Assembly (NCBI GenBank): GCA_003513765.1
Contig: DONT01000002.1
Location: 101,091 to 165,090, forward strand
Length of the DNA: 64,000 nucleotides
Direction: 5' to 3'
Source of the DNA: Jeotgalicoccus sp.
GTDB lineage: Bacteria > Bacillota > Bacilli > Staphylococcales > Salinicoccaceae
Below, one piece after another: positions 57,354-64,000 of this stretch; position 1 is the first letter of the stretch; each line of letters begins with the position of its first letter. The notes beneath the pieces are model-generated. The model searched no databases and was not told the origin of the DNA. It worked only from the letters and a program-made list of their open reading frames with translations. The position numbers were made by a program, and so were the translations under genes.

Positions 57354-57371
57354 TCAACGATGATACGCTTC
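57354..57371 (-). other. SCC-type attB/ISS-like core at the rlmH 3-prime end
   Basis: The minus strand reads GAAGCGTATCATCGTTGA (E A Y H R stop). Compare the S. aureus orfX core GAAGCATATCATAAATGA (from memory). Confidence 0.6.
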
Positions 57372-57833
57372 ATTTCTCAATATTTTATTCACTCTGAACA
57401 GCTGCTCCAGCATCATTACTTTCATCATCTGGTGCGGGTAGGTGAGGGTGCCAAAGCTGATTTCCTGGTTGCTGCGTTTTTTCACTGCATCACCGATGCC
57501 GTTGCTGCCGCCGATAACAAATACAACATCGCTTTTACTTGTATTCATCCAGCGCTGATATTCTGCGGCCAGTTTTTCACTCGTATACTGCTTGCCGTTT
57601 ATTTCCAGCGTTACGACATGCTGCGTGTCTTTTATTTTTGCTAATATCTTCTCTGCTTCTTTATCTTTAATCTGCTCCAGATCTTTCGGACCCGCATTAT
57701 TCGGTTCTTTCTCATCGGCTACTTCTATCAACTCGATTTTTGCATATTTACTAATTCGTTTCTGATACTCTTTTACTGCATCAAGCCAGTATTTTTCTTT
57801 TAATTTTCCTACTGTAATCATTGTCAGTTTCAT
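57354..57833 (-). CDS. rlmH: 23S rRNA (pseudouridine1915-N3)-methyltransferase RlmH (orfX)
   Basis: 159 aa, MKLTMITVGKLKEKYW...FVIGGSNG...TYPHQMMKVMMLEQLFRVNKILRNEAYHR. Start moved to the ATG at 57833 (SD GAAGGTG 6 nt upstream); the longer ORF-track start covers the DnaA-box region. Confidence 0.93.
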   Translation of the reverse strand: MKLTMITVGKLKEKYWLDAVKEYQKRISKYAKIELIEVADEKEPNNAGPKDLEQIKDKEAEKILAKIKDTQHVVTLEINGKQYTSEKLAAEYQRWMNTSKSDVVFVIGGSNGIGDAVKKRSNQEISFGTLTYPHQMMKVMMLEQLFRVNKILRNEAYHR

Positions 57834-57916
57834 CTGTTTCACCTTCACTTTTAACGTCTTTTCCTCAATTATACAGAACTGTGGACAAATTCGTATATTT
57901 ACTGCAATTTTATTAG

Positions 57917-58086
57917 TTATACACGTGTTATCCACAGGCTGTTGATAACTTTTCTATCTTAAACCGCATGATTCCGCTCTTTTTTTAGGCTGATTTCTGC
58001 ATATTTTATGTATTTTCCCACATTCCACACACTTATCCACGTTTTTATCCCACTTATACACAACTTATCACCAAACCTGTGGATAA
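57917..58086. promoter_or_regulatory. DnaA-box cluster between walJ and rlmH
   Basis: Perfect TTATCCACA at 57928-57936 (+) and 58078-58086 (-). One-mismatch boxes at 57940-57948 (-, TTATCAACA), 58033-58041 (TTATCCACG) and 58054-58062 (TTATACACA). Weaker boxes at 57917-57925 and 58065-58073. Confidence 0.75.
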
Positions 58087-58148
58087 CTTGTTAAAAGGTA
58101 TAAAAATAGACCAAATTGCGCCGTTTTTCTCACAATTTGGTCTTCTTA

Positions 58149-58946
58149 TTAAATCTGATATATTTCTGTCGGCACTGCCTTATCTGTATCGCATATCATT
58201 ATATCGTTGTGCGTATCGATGTCGTATTGATTCAGTATCTGTTCAACACTCATCCGCGCCAGTTCTTTAATGTTATTGTCGAGGCTTAAGTGTCCTAAAT
58301 AGATTCGTTTTGTATTGCTTGTTATAACGTCCTTCATGGCGTGTGCAGCATCTTCATTGGACACATGTCCGACGTCTGACAGTATCCGCTGCTTCGTATT
58401 CCACGGATATCTGCCCATGCGGAGCATATCCACATCGTGGTTTGATTCAAACAGGAAGACGTCACTTTCTTTGATGATGCCTTTCATCGTGTCTGACACG
58501 TAGCCTGTGTCTGTAATCAGCGATATTTTCTTGTTGTTCTGCGAGAACGTGTAGAATTGCGGATCAATCGCATCGTGTGACACGTTAAATGACTGGACGT
58601 TCAAGCCCGCTATTTCTTTTTCTTCAAGCGGATTGAAATGAAATTTCTGTTCTGTTTTAATAATAATATCTTTACGCTCAATAGCATCCCAAGTCTTCGC
58701 ATTGGCATAAATAGGTATATCATATTTCTTTGCAATCACTTTTAAGCCTTTTATATGGTCTATATGTTCATGTGTAATGAAAATCGCATTTATGTCCTGG
58801 AGTGATTTACCTATTTGATTGAGCGTCTCATCAGTTTTCTTACATGACAGCCCGACGTCTACAAGTACACTTCCTTTTTCTGTTTCAATGAATGTACTGT
58901 TGCCTGTTGAGCCGCTTGCTAATACGCTCATCTTCATTCCGTTCAC
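58149..58946 (-). CDS. walJ: MBL-fold metallo-hydrolase WalJ/YycJ
   Basis: [21 protein letters not shown] and [12 protein letters not shown] are colinear with staphylococcal YycJ. The exact start is uncertain (GTG 58946 or ATG 58937/58931). Confidence 0.9.
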   Translation of the reverse strand: MNGMKMSVLASGSTGNSTFIETEKGSVLVDVGLSCKKTDETLNQIGKSLQDINAIFITHEHIDHIKGLKVIAKKYDIPIYANAKTWDAIERKDIIIKTEQKFHFNPLEEKEIAGLNVQSFNVSHDAIDPQFYTFSQNNKKISLITDTGYVSDTMKGIIKESDVFLFESNHDVDMLRMGRYPWNTKQRILSDVGHVSNEDAAHAMKDVITSNTKRIYLGHLSLDNNIKELARMSVEQILNQYDIDTHNDIMICDTDKAVPTEIYQI

Positions 58947-59680
58947 TCTCTTTCAATAATATCTTCTGTCTGACTCAGTGCATCGACGTACAGTATACGT
59001 TCAATATCCTCATCAGTAATCTCAAATTGCCATTTCGGACGCATCATAATCTGATCCTCTTCTTCCAGTATGATGTAGTAGCCGAGTGTTGCACTTTCTA
59101 TGACTGCATTATCAGTAATATTTTCCTGCAGATAAAGTTCTTCCACAATTACTTTAGGATGGCGCACGTTCTGATCTACTGAATAGTCGCTTTCCTCGAT
59201 ATTTTCCACATAGCCCTGAGTCATGCTTGCTGATTCTTCACTGAAGTACAGGCGTGCTGCTTCGTGGCTGAATATCGGATATCCTTCATAATACTGATTA
59301 AATGTTATAGTGTCCGGTTCGCTCATTACTTTATCATAATGGTATTCTTCGCCTCTGTAAATTGAATTGTCTTTGTATGTCTTTAAGCCTTCCGGTGCGA
59401 AGGTGACGGTTTCATCAAGAGGCAGAGTCAGTGCTGTATCTTCTTCCGACATATCATCTTCATGCTCGAGCTCTGCCGGATCACCGAGTATAATTTTCAT
59501 CTCGACGTTTTCAAATCCATCGAGTGCACTCGTGTCAATATTTGTTTCAGACAGTACATTCGTCGTGTCTGCAAGTTCTCTCACTTCATCATTTGATTCA
59601 TTATACAAAATATAAATAAGGACTAAATTCATCAGCAGGAAGGCGGCTATAAAAAGGGATTTCGTTAATCTCCAATCCAT
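58943..59680 (-). CDS. yycI: WalK-regulatory protein YycI
   Basis: N-terminal [28 protein letters not shown]. Position and size (245 aa) are conserved in the wal operon. Confidence 0.85.
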   Translation of the reverse strand: MDWRLTKSLFIAAFLLMNLVLIYILYNESNDEVRELADTTNVLSETNIDTSALDGFENVEMKIILGDPAELEHEDDMSEEDTALTLPLDETVTFAPEGLKTYKDNSIYRGEEYHYDKVMSEPDTITFNQYYEGYPIFSHEAARLYFSEESASMTQGYVENIEESDYSVDQNVRHPKVIVEELYLQENITDNAVIESATLGYYIILEEEDQIMMRPKWQFEITDEDIERILYVDALSQTEDIIERE

Positions 59681-61005
59681 CAGGACAGCCCTCCTTCATT
59701 GAATTTCATCCATGCACCGTCGTACTTAACGTACCATTGAGGTGTATAATCGATAAACTCCAGATCCGTTTCCTCATCAGCATATGTCATATCATAACCG
59801 AGTACGATTTTTGATACTTTCTGCAAATCAAAGTTATCATGCAGTGCAATCTGATAACGGACATTTTCAATATCTAAAAGTTCAACTTCTTCTTCATCTG
59901 ATACTTTCGCATTGGTTCGTATCAGCGGACGGGTATATTCGTAAACTGAATTTGCCCCGTACTTCACCGTAATCGCTGTACTTAGTGCTTCACTGAACAC
60001 GACACGTCCGTTTAAAGTAGAGCGGAACGTTGCTGCATTTTCACCTGATTCATAATCAAAGAGCACATTATTCTGTGACAGTCCGTTATGCGAGTTCAGG
60101 AAATAGTAAATATCCTGAATCGTCTGGTGGTTATTGCCGCTTGAAGAGGAGGACTCATTTAAATTTGTATAACTGTACTGATACGTATCAGCGTTGTACG
60201 TTGCAATATGATTTTCATCTTCATAAATCGATACATCACCCGACGATGGACTTTCTGCCGGTGAATCTAAAAATAAGATACGGTTCATAACGTCGGTATT
60301 AATCTGTGTAATCATAAAACGTTCTGTATTAATCGTATCCGGTGATGACGGGCCGTAAATTGCCGTCTTATTATTCGCTGTCTGCTGATTTGTAATAATC
60401 GGGGTGTAGGCTTCAAAAATATCACTGTAAGATTCAACGTGGCCTTTTAAAAAGTCAGCAGTAATGTCGGTTTCGACGACTGCAACTCTCGAACGGCTTT
60501 CATCCACTAAGTTGAAAACAACATTTCCCTCTTTCATATCAACGACAATCCGGTCGAAGGTAAAGTCGGGGAGTGTGGAATCATGAGACAGTCCCAGCAT
60601 CTGGAATAGAGATTTGGACGGTACATCGGAGTAGTAATCGATAAGCAGAAACTCTTCATCATTACTTTCTTCTCCTCTGACATCGAGACGGTTCAAGCTG
60701 TTATAAACGTCCATACTCTTAATGTTGGAACCTTCAAGATTTTCACGGATACCGATTAATGCTCTCGGATCCGTCGTCCCCCGTGTATTGTTCTCTCCCT
60801 GTATCCAGACCAGCTGATACGTACTCATCACTTGTTCAAACGATATACGTTCGCCCTGGCCGATATTCGTTGTTCCTTCGATCGTTGTATCAATCTGGGA
60901 AAATTCCGGTTCATAACTCCAGACGAGATATGTCAGCACCGCACTCGAGGCGACAATAACGATTAACAGGATGGACTTAATCCATTCTCTATACATCCCA
61001 CTCAT
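59680..61005 (-). CDS. yycH: WalK-regulatory protein YycH
   Basis: N-terminal TM, 441 aa. It overlaps the walK 3-prime end, the conserved operon position. Confidence 0.85.
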   Translation of the reverse strand: MSGMYREWIKSILLIVIVASSAVLTYLVWSYEPEFSQIDTTIEGTTNIGQGERISFEQVMSTYQLVWIQGENNTRGTTDPRALIGIRENLEGSNIKSMDVYNSLNRLDVRGEESNDEEFLLIDYYSDVPSKSLFQMLGLSHDSTLPDFTFDRIVVDMKEGNVVFNLVDESRSRVAVVETDITADFLKGHVESYSDIFEAYTPIITNQQTANNKTAIYGPSSPDTINTERFMITQINTDVMNRILFLDSPAESPSSGDVSIYEDENHIATYNADTYQYSYTNLNESSSSSGNNHQTIQDIYYFLNSHNGLSQNNVLFDYESGENAATFRSTLNGRVVFSEALSTAITVKYGANSVYEYTRPLIRTNAKVSDEEEVELLDIENVRYQIALHDNFDLQKVSKIVLGYDMTYADEETDLEFIDYTPQWYVKYDGAWMKFNEGGLS

Positions 61006-62839
61006 CCTCCTCTATCACTTCACAAGGCAAGTTGATAAAGATTGTTGTCCCTTCATTTTCTACGCTGTTCGCCCAGATTTTACCGTTATGCGCCTCGATA
61101 ATTTCTTTTGAAATCGCAAGACCGAGTCCCGTACCGCCCATTTTACGCGCACGACCTTTATCCACACGATAAAAACGGTCAAAAATACGGTCAACTTTGT
61201 TATTCGGTATGCCGAGACCGTAGTCTTTTATACGTATTGTCATACGATTATATAAAGTGTTCTGTTTCAAATGAATATCCACGCGCTTTGGTTCCCCGTG
61301 CTGATATTTAATCGCATTGGAAAGCACATTATCCAGCACCTGACCCATTTTATCCACCGAAATATCAGTGAAGAGGGGAGCGTCCGGAATATGGCGTGTG
61401 AAAACAACATCTTCTTTATGTGTCATTTCAAAACGGTCAATAACACGGTTAATGAAGAGTTTAAAATCCACTACTTCTTTCTGGATTTCTTCCGCATCAT
61501 TATCCATACGTGATAACTGCAGCAGATCTTCAACGAGACGGCCCATACGGTCAGTCTCAGCACGTGTCACACTCAGGAATTTCGGCGCAATGTCTTCGTC
61601 CTGCCACGCACCTTCCTGTAATGCCTCAATATAACTCCGCATAGAAGTCAGCGGCGTTCTAAGTTCATGTGACACGTTCGCAACGAATTCACGGCGCTCT
61701 GCATCGATACGTTCCTGTTCTGTAACGTCATGCAGTACAGCGATATAACCGTTGATAAACCCGGTATCTGTAACGATTGTCGAGAAGTTGACGCGGAGTG
61801 TGGCAGAGTCATCCGCCGAGTCGATAAATATTAAATGGCTGTCGTTAGCTTCCTGAATAATGTCTTCAAGATTCAGTTCTTCACCGAGACGCAGCAGTTC
61901 CAGCATATTTTTACCATGCAGTTCGTCCGACTGCATACCTAAGTTCAGCATGCCGACCGCCATCTCGTTAACGATACGAATCCGGCCTTTTCTGTCGGTT
62001 GCGATAATTCCATCCGACATATGGGTAATAACAGAGTCGAGACGTTTTTTCTCACTCTCGGTGTTCGCCTGGGCTTCCTGTACTCTTTTTGAGAGAATGT
62101 TAAAGCTGCCGGCAAGCTGACCGATCTCATCATCGCTGTAAATCTGGACGCGTGATGTATAGTCGCCTTCCGACATCAGAAGTGCCTGATTTCTCATATC
62201 TGTAATCGGCTTCGTAATGGTACGCGCGACAAAGATACCGAGAATACTCGTAATTACTAATGAAAACAGTGTGGCGATAATAAAAGTATTGTTAATCGCT
62301 TCAAGCTGCATGTATATACTTTCGACATTTGACTCAACGTAAATAACACCGGCGACTTCATCATTGACTACGACCGGCTGGTTTAAAATCCATACACGCT
62401 GATTATCTTTATCGACGTTGACGAAAATTTCATCGTTTACGATGCCTGACTGCAGTGCATCTTGCGACATCGGTTCATTAATACGGGAGCCGACGAGTGA
62501 CTCGTTTGAAATTCTGCTCGTTCCAACGAGAATATTATCCGCATTGATGTAGCGGATTTCTTCAATTTCAGGTCGGTTGCCGTAATCAGTCAGCAGGCTT
62601 TGAATATCAGCCCGCATCTGATCACGGTCATCTCCGGTTTCCTGAAAGATTTCTTTAATACGCGTATCAATCAGAGTAACCTGGGAATCGATATTATTTT
62701 TAAAGTTTCCCGTTAAATCCCGCTCCAGACTGTTAGTAAAATACAGTCCGATAATCTGCATTCCGATAATAATCAGCAGCATGTATATCATTACTAATTT
62801 GAACTGAAGCGATTGCAGGTTTTTTAAAAACTGCTTCAT
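60989..62839 (-). CDS. walK: Essential cell-wall-metabolism sensor histidine kinase WalK
   Basis: [47 protein letters not shown]-box [15 protein letters not shown] and G-box [13 protein letters not shown]. Confidence 0.95.
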   Translation of the reverse strand: MKQFLKNLQSLQFKLVMIYMLLIIIGMQIIGLYFTNSLERDLTGNFKNNIDSQVTLIDTRIKEIFQETGDDRDQMRADIQSLLTDYGNRPEIEEIRYINADNILVGTSRISNESLVGSRINEPMSQDALQSGIVNDEIFVNVDKDNQRVWILNQPVVVNDEVAGVIYVESNVESIYMQLEAINNTFIIATLFSLVITSILGIFVARTITKPITDMRNQALLMSEGDYTSRVQIYSDDEIGQLAGSFNILSKRVQEAQANTESEKKRLDSVITHMSDGIIATDRKGRIRIVNEMAVGMLNLGMQSDELHGKNMLELLRLGEELNLEDIIQEANDSHLIFIDSADDSATLRVNFSTIVTDTGFINGYIAVLHDVTEQERIDAERREFVANVSHELRTPLTSMRSYIEALQEGAWQDEDIAPKFLSVTRAETDRMGRLVEDLLQLSRMDNDAEEIQKEVVDFKLFINRVIDRFEMTHKEDVVFTRHIPDAPLFTDISVDKMGQVLDNVLSNAIKYQHGEPKRVDIHLKQNTLYNRMTIRIKDYGLGIPNNKVDRIFDRFYRVDKGRARKMGGTGLGLAISKEIIEAHNGKIWANSVENEGTTIFINLPCEVIEEDEWDV

Positions 62840-63541
62840 CTAGTCATCACCTTTGATATAGTACCCGACGCCGCGGCGTGTCATGATGTATTCCGGATGA
62901 CTTGGATCGTCTTCGATTTTCTCTCTTAAGCGGCGCACTGTAACGTCCACCGTACGCACATCTCCGAAGTAATCATAACCCCATACTGTTTCCAGCAGGT
63001 GCTCGCGTGTCATTACCTGGGATTTGAATTTGGCAAGATATAAAAACAGCTCAAATTCGCGATGTGTCAAATCGATATCTTTACCGAATTTTTTAATCGC
63101 ATAAGAGTCGGGGATCACAGTAATATCCCGAATATATATATTTTTATCTTCCGGTTCATCTTCTTTAGAACTGACAGTATTATTACGTCGTAAATTAACT
63201 TTCACACGTGCGATTAATTCACGCGTAGAGAAAGGTTTTGTTACATAATCATCCGCACCGAGCTCAAGACCCAGCACTTTATCTATTTCGGAATCTTTGG
63301 CGGTAAGCATAATAATCGGCATATCGTGTTTTTTACGAACTTCGCGGCAAACTTCCATGCCGTCGATACCTGGCAGCATGATATCCAAAAGAACAAGATC
63401 CGGCACTATGTCCAAAATCAGTTCCAGTGCATCATTACCATCGTAAGCGCAATGAACTTCATATCCTTCTTTTTGCAAATTAAATTCAAGTATATCTGCA
63501 ATTGGTTTTTCATCATCAACAACAACTATTTTCTTGGCCAT
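62840..63541 (-). CDS. walR: Response regulator WalR (OmpR family)
   Basis: [22 protein letters not shown]...[19 protein letters not shown]...TRRGVGY. Start moved to the ATG at 63541 (SD GAGGGA). Confidence 0.95.
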   Translation of the reverse strand: MAKKIVVVDDEKPIADILEFNLQKEGYEVHCAYDGNDALELILDIVPDLVLLDIMLPGIDGMEVCREVRKKHDMPIIMLTAKDSEIDKVLGLELGADDYVTKPFSTRELIARVKVNLRRNNTVSSKEDEPEDKNIYIRDITVIPDSYAIKKFGKDIDLTHREFELFLYLAKFKSQVMTREHLLETVWGYDYFGDVRTVDVTVRRLREKIEDDPSHPEYIMTRRGVGYYIKGDD

Positions 63542-63624
63542 TAAGATATCCCTCATTTCACGTGTACATTATTTTGTACGTAAACTTATCCATCTTTAAA
63601 TGTATCACTTTTCAGACAAATAAA

Positions 63625-63655
63625 AAAGTCTGCCAGCATAAATGCTGGAGACTTT
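63625..63655 (-). terminator. Terminator after the tRNA-Glu/tRNA-Asp pair
   Basis: The minus strand reads AAAGTCTCCAGCA-TTTAT-GCTGGCAGACTTT followed by TTTATT. Confidence 0.7.
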
Positions 63656-63661
63656 ATCAGA

Positions 63662-63734
63662 CGGTCCCGACGGGAATCGAACCCGCGATCTCCTGCGTGA
63701 CAGGCAGGCATGTTAACCGCTACACCACGGGACC
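63662..63734 (-). tRNA. trnD: tRNA-Asp (anticodon GTC)
   Basis: The reverse complement GGTCCCGTGGTGTAGCGGTTAACATGCCTGCCTGTCACGCAGGAGATCGCGGGTTCGATTCCCGTCGGGACCG folds as a cloverleaf with anticodon loop CTGTCAC. Confidence 0.9.
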
Positions 63735-63778
63735 AGTTTATATAGAGTTTTTTAAATCAAAAGAAAAGTGACCCGTAC

Positions 63779-63850
63779 GGGACTCGAACCCGTGTTACCG
63801 CCGTGAAAGGGCGGTGTCTTAACCGCTTGACCAACGGGCCATGGTAAATA
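63779..63850 (-). tRNA. trnE: tRNA-Glu (anticodon TTC)
   Basis: The reverse complement GGCCCGTTGGTCAAGCGGTTAAGACACCGCCCTTTCACGGCGGTAACACGGGTTCGAGTCCCGTACGGGTCA has anticodon loop CTTTCAC. Confidence 0.9.
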
Positions 63851-63882
63851 TTATGCGATTTGCACAAGATTTATTATACCAT

Positions 63883-63912
63883 GCTTGTGAATTTGAATAC
63901 AAGACCTATTTT
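63883..63912 (-). promoter_or_regulatory. Candidate sigma-A promoter for the tRNA pair
   Basis: The minus strand reads TTGTAT-N18-TATAAT with a TG extended -10 element, about 30 nt upstream of tRNA-Glu. Confidence 0.45.
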
Positions 63913-64000
63913 GAAATATTTGTCTTGAGTTCAGAAAAATAGGAAGGTGGTGTGAAAATCTGCTTACTCGGGAATGACGGCGTTTCATTGCGGAGCAAGC

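Noticed and set aside
57276-57644. Plus-strand 122-aa ORF
   Set aside because: It is antisense to rlmH, whose product is unmistakable, and it has no SD.
58079-58270. Plus-strand 63-aa ORF starting in the walJ-rlmH spacer
   Set aside because: Its start is a GTG inside a DnaA box, and it runs antisense into the walJ 3-prime end.
63951-64000. Possible plus-strand gene start (GTG preceded by GGAAGGTGG) at the window edge
   Set aside because: Only 16 codons are visible, which is too little to support a call.
1-64000. CRISPR arrays, rRNA operons and prophage blocks
   Set aside because: I saw no regularly spaced direct repeats, no rRNA-like sequence, and no phage structural or integrase genes on either strand.

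Overview
A 64 kb chromosomal segment from a low-GC Firmicute of the Staphylococcaceae type; I cannot assign the genus from sequence alone. Strongly acidic exported proteins hint at a halotolerant relative of Staphylococcus. The right end (57.3-63.9 kb, minus strand) holds the origin-proximal block tRNA-Glu, tRNA-Asp, walR, walK, yycH, yycI, walJ(yycJ), a DnaA-box cluster and rlmH(orfX). This is the neighbourhood where staphylococcal SCC elements integrate. Directly beyond the rlmH stop codon (44.2-57.35 kb) lies an IS-riddled mosaic. It contains an IS21-family element abutting a 5-prime-truncated IS3-family element, a second unrelated IS3-family element, an IS30 transposase remnant and a small resolvase-type serine recombinase. 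It also holds N-terminal stubs of two DNA-methyltransferase genes (Mod-like and hsdM), a 42-aa orphan basic ORF, and an AT-rich wall-teichoic-acid ribitol-phosphate module (tarI-tarJ-tarL, a truncated acyltransferase, a TarM/TagE-like glycosyltransferase). I saw no Ccr-type large serine recombinase and no second att/ISS repeat. The remaining 44 kb is ordinary accessory and housekeeping content. It includes a partial RND pump with TetR, DHFR, an ABC-2 exporter operon, SDRs, a UvrA paralog, an EamA transporter, a membrane MutS-domain ATPase and a Zn-ADH. It also includes a Cys/Met PLP enzyme with an SQR-like flavoprotein, an orphan peptide-binding lipoprotein, mqo, two usp paralogs flanking an MsmK-like ATPase, YhgE/Pip and a BCCT transporter. 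Further genes are an IsaA/SceD-like transglycosylase, a 2-hydroxyacid dehydrogenase, an HD hydrolase, tRNA-Leu(CAG), a GNAT and an LLM oxidoreductase. Gene decay is frequent: an old-yellow-enzyme gene with an in-frame TAA, gltS with an in-frame TAG plus a frameshift, and a crtO plus truncated crtP remnant of a carotenoid operon. A clear SAM-I riboswitch precedes only a 58-aa ORF. No rRNA genes or CRISPR arrays were seen. All homology calls come from motif and sequence recognition by eye, with no database searches.
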